From an uncultured delta proteobacterium (lineage in GTDB: Bacteria; Desulfobacterota; Desulfobaccia; Desulfobaccales; 0-14-0-80-60-11): a stretch of 64,000 bases of DNA. Shown here piece by piece: positions 19,838-29,288 of this stretch (within the stretch, counting starts at the first letter, position 1; every line of letters starts with the position of its first letter). The position numbers were made by a program, and so were the translations under genes. The notes below the pieces were generated by a model that was not told the DNA's origin, made no database searches, and saw nothing but the letters and a program-made list of their open reading frames with translations. The stretch covers positions 29,938 to 93,937 of the forward strand of contig CAWIDL010000021.1 in NCBI GenBank assembly GCA_963834795.1, given 5' to 3'.

Positions 19838-20230
19838 TAAGGTTGAATTTTTTATTTCATTAATAATGATTAGCCATTATGGTCAACTGTAAATCTAGTT
19901 TCGAGACATTAGCTTAACTTTGCTTGCCAGGATGGTTGGTGAACTTTGTCCCATGTTAATGTTAGGCATTCATTATTGAATGCTGGGCACATTTGCAAGA
20001 AGACACAATATTATAAATAAAATAGGTTTACAACTATTTTTATTTTGAGGCAGGGCTTCAAGACTGCCCTGCTGTTTGTTTAATAAAGAACAAGTTTGCA
20101 TACTCATTATCTGCTATAAATCACCTACTTACTGATTGCATAAATTGGTTTTGATAAGCAAATCATATATCTAAATATAGGTGCGCCTCCAGCCTAACTC
20201 CCCATTGATTATTTTTAGAGGATACGCCGC

Positions 20231-20920
20231 ATGAATCTGAGCATCGTCATCCCGGTTTACAACGAAAAAGGCACCCTGGAGGAAATCTTCCGGCTGGTGC
20301 AGCTGGCCCCCTACGCTAAAGAGATCATCGCGGTGGACGACGCCTCGGTGGACGGCTCCCGGGAGCTTCTCGCCCGCCTGGCGGCGGAGTACGAAAACGT
20401 CAAGGTTTTCCACCACCGGCAAAACCAGGGGAAGGGCGCGGCCCTGCGCACCGGCTTTGAACAGGTGAGCGGGGACGTGGTCATCATCCAGGACGCCGAC
20501 CTGGAATACCGCCCGGCGGATTATCCGGCCCTGTTGGAGCCCATCCAGCACGACCTGGCGGACGTGGTTTACGGTACCCGCATGGTGGGCGGCCAGCCCC
20601 ACCGCGTGCTGTTTTTCTGGCATTACCTGGGCAACCGCCTGGTCACCACCCTGTCCAACATGTTCACCAATCTGAATCTCTCCGACATGGAGGTGGGCTA
20701 CAAGGTCTTCAAGGCGGAGGTCCTCAAAGGCCTTCGCATTAAGAGCAACCGTTTCGGGGTGGAGCCGGAACTCACCGCCAAGATCGCCAAGGGGGGTTGG
20801 CGCATCTACGAAGTTCCCATCCAGTACCACGGCCGCGATTACGCCCATGGCAAGAAGATCACCTGGAGGGACGGCATCGCGGCGCTCTATCACATTATTC
20901 GCTTCCACTTCTGGGATTAA
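20231..20920 (+). CDS. Glycosyltransferase family 2 (polyprenol-phosphate glycosyltransferase-like)
   Basis: SIVIPVYNE, VDDAS.DG, NQGKGAAL, QDADLEY, GKKITWRDG. Confidence 0.93.
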   Translation: MNLSIVIPVYNEKGTLEEIFRLVQLAPYAKEIIAVDDASVDGSRELLARLAAEYENVKVFHHRQNQGKGAALRTGFEQVSGDVVIIQDADLEYRPADYPALLEPIQHDLADVVYGTRMVGGQPHRVLFFWHYLGNRLVTTLSNMFTNLNLSDMEVGYKVFKAEVLKGLRIKSNRFGVEPELTAKIAKGGWRIYEVPIQYHGRDYAHGKKITWRDGIAALYHIIRFHFWD

Positions 20921-21004
20921 CCGGCTGGGGTTAACCAGGAAAAGGAGGCTGGAAGGTTGGCGAAACTTCCAGATCTTTTGGTTATTGAGCCGTTTCCTCC
21001 AACC

Positions 21005-21502
21005 ATGTCAAGAAATTGGAAATTCTGCCTGACCAGGGCGCTCTATGTGCTTTGGGGCGCCCAACTCATCTGGCTGGCCTGGCATTTCGCCCCGGAGGCT
21101 CGGGACCTGGCCCGGAGGATCGGCTTAGGGGAGGTGGGCGCCGCCGTCCGCCAGGAAGACCCCTTGTACCTGTGGTCCGCATCCTTGTCCGCCGTTATCC
21201 CCCCCGACGCCGCTTACGTCTTTGTGGATAATTATGAGTCCGGCAAAGAGATCGAGGTCCGTTACTATCTGGCTCCCCGGCACCACATCCTGGTGTCCCC
21301 GGAATCGCCGGCGGCCTTTCTTTTTCACACCTTGCATGAGGAGCAGGCTGCTTATTTAATCGTGCGGGACCAACAAAAGCCCCCCGGACCGGGGGTCCAG
21401 GCGGCCGTCCGCTCTCAGGCGGTGCTGCCACTTAAGATCCAAGGCCCCGGCCGGGTCTATCGGGTGGACCACCTTCGCTTTCACTGGGGCTTCTATGATT
21501 GA
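21005..21502 (+). CDS. Hypothetical membrane-anchored protein
   Basis: ORF with N-terminal TM segment that overlaps the next gene. Confidence 0.7.
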   Translation: MSRNWKFCLTRALYVLWGAQLIWLAWHFAPEARDLARRIGLGEVGAAVRQEDPLYLWSASLSAVIPPDAAYVFVDNYESGKEIEVRYYLAPRHHILVSPESPAAFLFHTLHEEQAAYLIVRDQQKPPGPGVQAAVRSQAVLPLKIQGPGRVYRVDHLRFHWGFYD

Positions 21503-22901
21503 GGCGGCCTTGAGTCTGCTGCGGCTGCTGGGAGGCCTGGCGGCCCTCTGCTGCTTGGGATCTGGGCTGCTGGCGGCGTTGCTCCCCCAGCCCCGGGAGT
21601 TCCGGGTCCTGGAGCGGCTGGTCCTGAGTTTCGGGATCGGCGCGGTCTTCCTGACCCTGTGGATGCTGGCCCTCACCTGGCGGGGCCTGCCCTTCGGTTT
21701 GGGGTTGATCTTGGGACCGTCCCTGGGACTGGCCGCGGCCCTGCTCCTCACTCCCCGGGGCCGCCGGGCCCTCTCCGGGGACCTAAGGGCGCTGGCCTGG
21801 CCCCGGCGTCCCGGCCTCCAGGGGTGGGACTGGCTCTTCGCCGGACTGCTGGCGACGCTGTTCCTGTATGCCTTCCTCAGGGCCACCCTTTACCCCATGT
21901 GGGCCTGGGACGCCATCGCCACCTGGGGCTGCAAGGCCAAGGTCTTTTATATCAGCCGCGGCCTGGACCTCACTTGTATCGACGCCCACAACTACTATCC
22001 CAACCTGGTCCCCTTACTGTTGAGCTATCTTTATTACTGTCTGGGCCAGGTCAACGACCACCTGGCGCAGGGGCTTTTCCCCCTCTGGGGGGCGCTGCTG
22101 CTGGGACTGCTCTATTCCCTGGCCCGGCGCCTGGGTCTGAGCCGGCGCCTGGCCCTGGGGCTCACCGCCTTCCTGGCCCTGAACGGCACGGTGTTCGTGG
22201 TTCATCTTTACATCGCTTACGCCGACCTGCCCCTGGCCTATTTCACCCTGGGGGCCACCGGCCTGGTTTACCTGTGGCTGGCGGGTCAGGCGCCCCGGGG
22301 GAGCCTCTCCCTGGCCGCCCTTTTTCTGGCCGGTATGGCCTGGTGCAAATACGAAGGCCCGCCCCTGGCCGCCACGGTGATCCTGGCCGCGGTCCTGACC
22401 CTGGCCTGGCTGCGTCCCCCCGGGACCTGGCGCCGCCTTTTCAGCCTGAGCCTCCCCCTGGCAGGGCTGGCCCTGGGCTATCTCCCCTGGCGCCTCTTTA
22501 TCAGCCAGCAACATCTTGAAGTCGGCGCCGACCATATCCAGAATATTTATCCGCAGCAGTTGGCCCAGGCCTCCGCTTACCTGGCGGCGGCCCTGATCCA
22601 GCCTTACTTCTTCGGCCTCCTCTGGCCGGCGGTGCTACTGGCGGTCATCGCCGTGGGCCGGCGCCTCTGGACCTCCCCTGCCCTCTTCCTGCTCCTCTTC
22701 CTCGGGGGCAACCTCCTGGCCATCCTCCTGGCCTACGCCGTGGCCCCTACTTCCCCGGCGGAGTTCCCCAGCTACGTCCGAGCCTCCCTGGACCGGCTGC
22801 TGCTGCACCTCACCCCCAGCGCCGCCTTGCTGCTGGGCCTGGGACTGAAGGAACAGTGGCCTTCGACGCACCGTGGAACATTCAACCAAGTCAACTCGTA
22901 G
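21495..22901 (+). CDS. Polytopic membrane protein, probable GT-C fold glycosyltransferase
   Basis: About a dozen TM segments, WDA...W..KAK loop, YP, YADLP and K.EG motifs; downstream of a GT2. Confidence 0.7.
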   Translation: MIEAALSLLRLLGGLAALCCLGSGLLAALLPQPREFRVLERLVLSFGIGAVFLTLWMLALTWRGLPFGLGLILGPSLGLAAALLLTPRGRRALSGDLRALAWPRRPGLQGWDWLFAGLLATLFLYAFLRATLYPMWAWDAIATWGCKAKVFYISRGLDLTCIDAHNYYPNLVPLLLSYLYYCLGQVNDHLAQGLFPLWGALLLGLLYSLARRLGLSRRLALGLTAFLALNGTVFVVHLYIAYADLPLAYFTLGATGLVYLWLAGQAPRGSLSLAALFLAGMAWCKYEGPPLAATVILAAVLTLAWLRPPGTWRRLFSLSLPLAGLALGYLPWRLFISQQHLEVGADHIQNIYPQQLAQASAYLAAALIQPYFFGLLWPAVLLAVIAVGRRLWTSPALFLLLFLGGNLLAILLAYAVAPTSPAEFPSYVRASLDRLLLHLTPSAALLLGLGLKEQWPSTHRGTFNQVNS

Positions 22902-22904
22902 GTT

Positions 22905-23927
22905 TTATCCTTTCCCCTGACAAAAAATCTCCCCCCGTTCCCCCAGGTTGCCCTTCATCTGAAAGGTGGGTCCCAGAAATTGCTCGATGACCCAGAGGTT
23001 GGTGAGCAGATGTGAGGTGATCTCCGAAGTGATCAGGGTGGAAGGCCCCTGGGCCTGGGCCAGATATAAGACGATCTGGTCCGCCAGGTGCGGGTCCACC
23101 GCCCCGCGGCGCTGCCGAAAGGTGAGATAGGCGCCGGCCGCTTCATCCGCCACCTGCTCGGCGGGTTTACCCCGGGCCCCCAGGGCGTCGAAACCGGCCC
23201 GGGGCCCCCAGAGGAATACCAGGCTGCCGGGGTCCAGACCGAAGGCCGCCACCTGCTCCACCGGCAACTCCTGCCCCAGGCGCTCCCGGAGGCGGGCTGC
23301 CTGGCGCCGGGAGACGTGCTCCGGAAGGCGGGAAGCGGCGGAGATGGCCCGGAAATCGGAGGGGTCCGGCGGGTTTCGCCAATCCACCCCGGTAAGCGCC
23401 TGGCCCGATTTAATAGCCAGGCGCACCTCGCCGCCGCCCCGGGGATACCAACCCCAGCCTTCCAGGGTCATGCTCACCTGCGCCCCCAACCGGGCCAGGG
23501 CCGGGAGAAAGACCTGGATCAGATAATGGGCCGTGGGGCTCCAGGGCACGTGGGTGCCGCCCCGGAGAATCAGGGTGGAAGGCCCGGCGATGAGGAGTGG
23601 AGGCAGGAGGGCCTGGGCGATGAGGGTGACGGAACCGGCGCTGCCGGACTTCTCCGCCACGTCGACTAGATAATGACCCGGTTGGGGGGGCCGGGGCTTG
23701 AAGGTCAACTCCCGGCTGTGCAGCTCCACACCGGTCACTTCAGCCCGGGTGATTCGGGCCAGGGCCCGCACCGCGGTGAGGTGCTGGGGCCTCAACCCGG
23801 GCCGGGGGCGGCCGGCCCGGATCTGCTCAAGGCGCAGCGGCGCCCCCAGCATGGCCGACAAGGATAGGGAGGTGCGGAGAATCTGGCCGCCCCCCTCCCC
23901 GTAAGAGCCATCCAGCCGTAGCATCAC
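22905..23927 (-). CDS. rtcA: RNA 3'-terminal phosphate cyclase
   Basis: DGSYGEGGGQILRT, R..PGLRPQH, GGTHV.WSP, YPRGGG, HLADQ, SHLLTN. Confidence 0.96.
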   Translation of the reverse strand: MMLRLDGSYGEGGGQILRTSLSLSAMLGAPLRLEQIRAGRPRPGLRPQHLTAVRALARITRAEVTGVELHSRELTFKPRPPQPGHYLVDVAEKSGSAGSVTLIAQALLPPLLIAGPSTLILRGGTHVPWSPTAHYLIQVFLPALARLGAQVSMTLEGWGWYPRGGGEVRLAIKSGQALTGVDWRNPPDPSDFRAISAASRLPEHVSRRQAARLRERLGQELPVEQVAAFGLDPGSLVFLWGPRAGFDALGARGKPAEQVADEAAGAYLTFRQRRGAVDPHLADQIVLYLAQAQGPSTLITSEITSHLLTNLWVIEQFLGPTFQMKGNLGERGEIFCQGKG

Positions 23928-24127
23928 TCGAGGATAAAGATCACCTCAAATTTCACCCGATAGGTGGCGATTTTATTATCCTTGACCGAAATCCGCTTTT
24001 CTATCAGCCGCAGGCCGGTTATTCCCCTTAAGGTCTCGGTGGCCCGCTTAAAGCCCACCTGGAGAGCATCTTCGAAGCTGACCGGAGACTCGGCGATGGC
24101 TTCGCTGACTCTGGCGACACGGGTCAT
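23924..24127 (-). CDS. Dodecin-family protein
   Basis: 67 aa, ES..SFEDA...G..RA..TLRGI..Y.V...V.F; GGAGG RBS. Confidence 0.85.
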   Translation of the reverse strand: MTRVARVSEAIAESPVSFEDALQVGFKRATETLRGITGLRLIEKRISVKDNKIATYRVKFEVIFILE

Positions 24128-24181
24128 AAATTCTCCTCCTTCATGGATTGGGCACCAGCCTCTAGGGTGGACCGGGATACC

Positions 24182-24394
24182 CTAATCCAGGATGAAGATC
24201 ACCTCCAGCTTCACCCGATAGGTATTGATCTGGTTGTCTATGACGGAGACCCGCTGCTCCGCGATCCGCAGGCCGGTAATGCCCCGCAAAGTCTTGGAGG
24301 CCCGGTCGAAGCCGACTTGCACCGCGTCATCAAAACCTTTGGGAGATTCCGCGATGATGTGGGATACCCTGGCGACCTTGGTACTGGTGGACAT
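24182..24394 (-). CDS. Dodecin-family protein (tandem paralog)
   Basis: 70 aa, closely similar to the adjacent dodecin. Confidence 0.85.
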   Translation of the reverse strand: MSTSTKVARVSHIIAESPKGFDDAVQVGFDRASKTLRGITGLRIAEQRVSVIDNQINTYRVKLEVIFILD

Positions 24395-24656
24395 AGCTAT
24401 GCCTCCCGTTAGATTTGGTCCGGCCTGTGCCGCCGGCCCGAACCTCCCGCGGCTGCCGTGAGGTCCGGCTGGTTAAAAACTAATTCCATTTATCCGCGAT
24501 GCAAGGGAGTCAAGCGGTTTTCTTTTTTCGCTTTCAATTGACCGGGTAACAGAATTTCAGTCCCGGTCCTATTCCCGGATGGAAAAAACTCCAATTTTCA
24601 GGTATGCGGAAAACAAGACCGCAGATCCCGCCGGGGTTTTTACCGAAAACCGAAAA

Positions 24657-25397
24657 CTATCTTTTATAGGGGATGGGGTCGGCCAGACCCGCGGCGGCAA
24701 ATCCTTGGAGGCGCAGCCGGCAGGAGGAGCATTGGCCGCAGGCCGCCTCCCCGGCCTGGTAACAGGACCAGGTGAGCGCCAGTGGCGCCCCCAGCTTAAA
24801 ACCCAGGCGGATGATGCCGGCCTTGTCCAGCCGGATCAGGGGAGTGTGAATGCGGATGTGGGTTTCCGGGCGGGTGCCCAATTCGACCAGGCGGTTGAAG
24901 GCCTCATAATACTCCGGCCGGCAGTCGGGGTAGCCGGGATTATCCAGGATGTTGGCGCCGATGAAGACCGCCTCGGCCCCCAAGACCTCGGCCCAGGCCA
25001 CCGCCGCCGCCAGCAAATTGGTGTTGCGGAAGGGGACATAAGTAGAGGGAATCCCCGGAGGCTCCTCGCCCAGGGGGATTGGCCGGCTGGCATCCGTGAG
25101 GCTGGAGCCGCCCATAACTCCCAGGTAAAGAAGGTCGGCCTCCAATACCCGGGACGCCCGGAAGAAGGCGGCCTGGGCCCGGAAGGCCGTCAGCTCTCGG
25201 GCTACGCTGCGCTGGCCGTAGTTGGCGTGGAACAGGGCCAACTCGAAGTTCTGCCGGGCCATCGCCGCGACCACGCAACTGTCCAGCCCGCCGCTCAGCA
25301 GGACCACGGCCAGGGGGGCGGTTTTCGGCTTCCGGTTTCCGGTTTCCGGTAACTTAACAGAAGCGCTCTGCCCTGAAAAATTTTTACCGGGTGCCAT
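24657..25397 (-). CDS. queC: 7-cyano-7-deazaguanine synthase
   Basis: SGGLDS, YGQR, TYVPFRN, YPDCR, TWSCY..CGQCSSC. Confidence 0.96.
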   Translation of the reverse strand: MAPGKNFSGQSASVKLPETGNRKPKTAPLAVVLLSGGLDSCVVAAMARQNFELALFHANYGQRSVARELTAFRAQAAFFRASRVLEADLLYLGVMGGSSLTDASRPIPLGEEPPGIPSTYVPFRNTNLLAAAVAWAEVLGAEAVFIGANILDNPGYPDCRPEYYEAFNRLVELGTRPETHIRIHTPLIRLDKAGIIRLGFKLGAPLALTWSCYQAGEAACGQCSSCRLRLQGFAAAGLADPIPYKR

Positions 25398-25607
25398 ATG
25401 GGCCTCTTGTAAAAACTAGATAACGACGAAATCGAAGATGCTGGCATAGTTCCCTCCCCCTTGAGGGGGCGACACCGGTTGGGGGTGGCAAAAATATTTT
25501 GTATTATCCAGTAGTTTTAAAAGGGCTTATGCCCCCCTCCCCCTAGCCCCCTCCCCCCGTGGGGAGGGGGATTAAAAGCCGAGACTGGATAGACTAGATT
25601 TTTCCTC

Positions 25608-25663
25608 TCGTTCCCAGGCTCCTGCTTGGGAACGCCGTGTGTCTTGCCAAGCTCCTGCTTGGC
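25608..25663. repeat. REP-like repeat (CGTTCCCAAGCTCC.GCTTGGGAAC family)
   Basis: Related copies at ~34723-34866 and ~52275-52302. Confidence 0.75.
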
Positions 25664-25694
25664 TGTGATAGCAGAGGTGCTGCGGGGCCGCCTT

Positions 25695-26354
25695 TCATTT
25701 GCCCCGCGCCTCCGGCCCCCAGAGGTATTTGTGCAGTTGCAGATTGAGCCGCAGGGGCAGCCGGCTCTCCAGGATCCAGGCCGCGGCCTCCGGAGCCGGA
25801 ACCTGGCCGCACACCGGAGAAATCAGCAGGGGGAGCCGGCCGCACAAGCCGTGGTCCCGAATCACCTCCAGTGCCCAAAGAAAATCGCGGCGATCGCTCA
25901 CGACAAATTTGACTTCGTCCCGGGGGGTCAGGGATTCCAGATTCGGCCAGTAATTCTCCCCGGCCATGCCGCTGCCCGGACATTTCAGGTCCAGGATGCG
26001 ATGTGCCCGGACATCCACCGGGGCGATGGGGCGGGAACCGTTGGTCTCCAGACAGACTTCCCAGCCGGCATCCGCCAGGGCCGCCAACAGCGGCAAGGTC
26101 TCCTCCTGCAACAAGGGCTCGCCGCCGGTCACCAGCACCAGCCGGGTATTTTGTATATTTTGTAAGAGGCATCCCCTGGCGGCCTTCAGAAGGTCCGCCA
26201 CCTCCATCTCCCGCCCCCCTTCATAGGCATAGGTGGTGTCGCAGTAGCGGCAACGCAGATTGCAGCCGCGGAGGCGGATGAAGAAGGCCGGCAGGCCGGC
26301 CCGGGTGGACTCACCCATGAGACTGAAAAAGGTTTCGCAGACCTGAAGCGCCAT
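25695..26354 (-). CDS. queE: 7-carboxy-7-deazaguanine synthase (radical SAM)
   Basis: E.F.S..GE, FIRL.GCNLRCRYCDT, TGGEP, ETNG, QLHK; adjacent to queC. Confidence 0.93.
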   Translation of the reverse strand: MALQVCETFFSLMGESTRAGLPAFFIRLRGCNLRCRYCDTTYAYEGGREMEVADLLKAARGCLLQNIQNTRLVLVTGGEPLLQEETLPLLAALADAGWEVCLETNGSRPIAPVDVRAHRILDLKCPGSGMAGENYWPNLESLTPRDEVKFVVSDRRDFLWALEVIRDHGLCGRLPLLISPVCGQVPAPEAAAWILESRLPLRLNLQLHKYLWGPEARGK

Positions 26355-26472
26355 AAGTGAGAGCCGAATCTAACGGCCGGATGGTTCCGCCGGATTTTTC
26401 TTAAATTATCCGCCCTGGACCCCGTTTAAGCAATAGAGACCCCTGCAAAAAAAACAATCCCCCCAGATTGCG

Positions 26473-26500
26473 TAGGGGCGGGTTTTAAACCCGCCCCTAC
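26473..26500. repeat. GTAG-type REP palindrome
   Basis: GTAGGGGCGGGTTTTAAACCCGCCCCTAC; other GTAG-initiated hairpins at ~5767, 34614, 52213, 56393, 57319. Confidence 0.8.
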
Positions 26501-26679
26501 GGCTTGCAAGCATAAGGAGAGGCCCTGGCGCGCCTGTTTTTGAGGTTCACCGCGGTTGATCTTAAATCTTCTTTCTTCTACACCCTGGCAGGACAGTAAT
26601 TGTGCGTGATTTCACATAATTTTCCCTTGCCTTCCGCTAATCCCTGGCTTAAAATTAACACCGTTTCCGAGGAGGGGGA

Positions 26680-27213
26680 ATGAGCCGGCCGGGTCCGCCG
26701 CTGCCGGTGAAACCGGTGGTCAGCATAATTCTGGCCCGGCAAGATTTGGGTCCGGCCGTGGTGGAGCGCCTGAGCCACTATTGGGGACCGCCGGACCTGG
26801 TGGGCCCTTGGTGGCCCTTCACTGCCACCGAATATTATACCCCGGAGATGGGCCCCGGTCTGGGGCGACTCCTGGTCGCTTTCCTCCATCTGGGCGATCC
26901 GGCCCAACTGGCGCAGTGGAAGGTCTTTACCAACGGTATCGAAGAGAGGTTCAGCCTGGATGGCCGCCGGCTGGTCAACCTGGACCCGGGGTACCTGACC
27001 AGGGAACGGCTGGTCCTGGCCACCGGAAAAAACTTCTCTCACCGGCTCTATCTCGGTTGCGGCATTTACGGCGACCTCACCCTGATCTACGCTCAGGGGA
27101 CCTTTCAACCCCTGGCCTGGACCTATCCCGATTACGCCCGGGGCCCGCTGCCGGAATTATTGCTCCTGGTGCGGAAAAAATATCTGTGGCAACTTAAATT
27201 GATGGGCGGCTGA
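26680..27213 (+). CDS. DUF4416-family protein
   Basis: YY..EMG, K..TN..E, R.VNLDPGY, LATGKNFSHR.YL, WTYPDY. Confidence 0.85.
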   Translation: MSRPGPPLPVKPVVSIILARQDLGPAVVERLSHYWGPPDLVGPWWPFTATEYYTPEMGPGLGRLLVAFLHLGDPAQLAQWKVFTNGIEERFSLDGRRLVNLDPGYLTRERLVLATGKNFSHRLYLGCGIYGDLTLIYAQGTFQPLAWTYPDYARGPLPELLLLVRKKYLWQLKLMGG

Positions 27214-28094
27214 TGATCAGGAGCATGACCGCATATGGCCGGGGGGAGGCCGAGGGTCCCAGCCAGAAGTGGGTGGTGGAATTTAGGAGCCTCAACCACC
27301 GCTTCCTGGAGCTCTCCTTGAATCTCCCCAAGCGCCTCTGGGGCCTGGAGGACCGGCTCCGGAAGCTTATCAAGGGCCGCATTCCCCGGGGCCGGGTGGA
27401 GATGCAGCTCACCTGGGAGAGCACCGGGGAAAAGGCGCTGACCCTGAAGGTGGACCAGACCCTGGCCCGGCAGACCGCGGCCATGCTGGAAGAGGTACGG
27501 GCGGCGGGCGGCCTGAAGGAGCCTCTGCATCTGGAGGATCTCCTGCACTTCTCGGACCTGTTCCTTATCAAGGAGACCCAGGAGCTGACCCTGGAGGAGA
27601 CCTGGGAGACGGTCGAAAGGGCGGTGAACGGGGCGCTGGAGGACCTGGACCAGATGCGCCTCACCGAAGGGCAGGCCCTGGCCGCCGACCTGGCTAAGAG
27701 CCTGGGTGCCATCGGCGGAGAGCTGGAACGCATCCGGGGGCAGGCCCCACTACTGCCCCAGCTTTGGCGAGAGAAGCTTTCGGCCCGGCTGGCGGAGCTG
27801 GGGGGCGAAACTGGGGTGGACGAAGCCCGGCTGGCCCAGGAGGTGATTCTCCTGGCCGAGCGCCGGGACCTGTCCGAGGAGTTGGCCCGCCTGGAGAGCC
27901 ATCTGGCCCAATTTGAGGAAACCCTGGCGGCCCGGGGGCCGGTGGGCCGGAAACAGGAATTCTTAGTTCAGGAGATGCTGCGGGAGGCCAACACCATCGG
28001 CTCCAAAGCCGGCGATCTCCTGGTTACGCAAGCGGTGCTGGAGATCAAAGGCTACCTGGAGCGCCTCCGGGAGCAGGTGCAGAATATCGAATGA
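27213..28094 (+). CDS. yicC: YicC/YloC family endoribonuclease
   Basis: MIRSMTAYGR, S.NHRFL, EELARL.SH, QE..REANTIGSK, EQVQNIE. Confidence 0.95.
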   Translation: MIRSMTAYGRGEAEGPSQKWVVEFRSLNHRFLELSLNLPKRLWGLEDRLRKLIKGRIPRGRVEMQLTWESTGEKALTLKVDQTLARQTAAMLEEVRAAGGLKEPLHLEDLLHFSDLFLIKETQELTLEETWETVERAVNGALEDLDQMRLTEGQALAADLAKSLGAIGGELERIRGQAPLLPQLWREKLSARLAELGGETGVDEARLAQEVILLAERRDLSEELARLESHLAQFEETLAARGPVGRKQEFLVQEMLREANTIGSKAGDLLVTQAVLEIKGYLERLREQVQNIE

Positions 28095-28115
28095 GCTCAC
28101 CGCAGGGGAGAAATT

Positions 28116-28397
28116 ATGGAAGGCAGGTTGATCAACATCGGTTTTGGCAACACCGTGGTCTCCCACCGGGTAGTGGCGGTGGTGATGCCGGGCTCGGCGC
28201 CCATGAAACGCCTGCGGGAAAAGGCCACCCGGGCCGATCGCCTCATCGACGCCACCCAGGGCCGCAAGACCCGCTCCATTATCATCACCGACAGCAATCA
28301 CGTCATTCTTTCGGCGGTCCATGCTGATACCCTTTCCCTGCGCCTGAACGGCAGTCACACCCTCGCGGCGCGCCAGGACCTGGAAAAGGCCGACTGA
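28116..28397 (+). CDS. remA: RemA/DUF370 family protein
   Basis: [39 protein letters not shown]. Confidence 0.92.
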   Translation: MEGRLINIGFGNTVVSHRVVAVVMPGSAPMKRLREKATRADRLIDATQGRKTRSIIITDSNHVILSAVHADTLSLRLNGSHTLAARQDLEKAD

Positions 28398-29003
28398 GTG
28401 CCCGGAGAAGTCTTCATCATCAGCGCCCCTTCCGGAACGGGGAAAACCACCCTGCTGAAAGAGCTGCTGGCCGGCGATCCCCGGTTGGGCTTCTCCATTT
28501 CCTTCACCACCCGCCCCCCCCGTACCGGCGAGGTGGAAGGAAAGGACTATTTCTTCGTCACCCCGGAGGAGTTTGCCCGCCTTCGGGACCGGGGCGACCT
28601 GGCGGAATGGGTGGAACAGTATGGCTACGGCTACGGCACCTCCCGCCAGCGGGTGCAGGAGACCCTGGACTCCGGAGCGGATGTGGTCTTCGACATCGAG
28701 CCCCGGGGGGCCCGGGCCCTGAAGCGGGAATTTCCCCAGGGGACTTTCATCTTTATCCTGCCTCCCAGTTGGGAACAGTTGGAGCTTCGGCTGCAGTTGC
28801 GGGGCAAGATGGAGCCGGCGGAAATAGCCTGGCGGTTGGAACGGGGCCGCGCTGAGGTTAAGGAAGTCTCCTGGTACGATTACCTGGTAATCAACGATAA
28901 TCTGGAAACCGCCCTTTCGCAGCTCAGGGCCATCGTCACCGCCAGCCGCTGCCGCACCGCCCGCTTGTGGCCCGGCCTGGCCCCGCAGTTTTTACCCGCC
29001 TGA
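28398..29003 (+). CDS. gmk: Guanylate kinase
   Basis: SAPSGTGKTT, TTRPPR.GEVEG.DYFF, YGT, FILPPS. Confidence 0.96.
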   Translation: MPGEVFIISAPSGTGKTTLLKELLAGDPRLGFSISFTTRPPRTGEVEGKDYFFVTPEEFARLRDRGDLAEWVEQYGYGYGTSRQRVQETLDSGADVVFDIEPRGARALKREFPQGTFIFILPPSWEQLELRLQLRGKMEPAEIAWRLERGRAEVKEVSWYDYLVINDNLETALSQLRAIVTASRCRTARLWPGLAPQFLPA

Positions 29004-29288
29004 GGTATCTAGGTTGAGGGCATTTGCCACCGGCAGCCATCGGACCACGTTTGATCCTCCCCCCGTTTTTTGCCCGCCCTAATTCTGGTATATTGTAGGC
29101 GTGAGGTTTGGCTGCGCCGGCACAGGCGAGCCTCTTGCCTGCGCCGCCAGGAACGTATGGGGCACGGTAAGCAGCGCCCCGACAATTTTCCCTTCCCCTT
29201 ATGGGGGTTGGGTTTCCGGGGGTTTGGTAAGCTGCGGGCAGCGGCCCCCAGCACCCTCCCTGAAAAACCATCTTTCAGGAGTCAGGCC

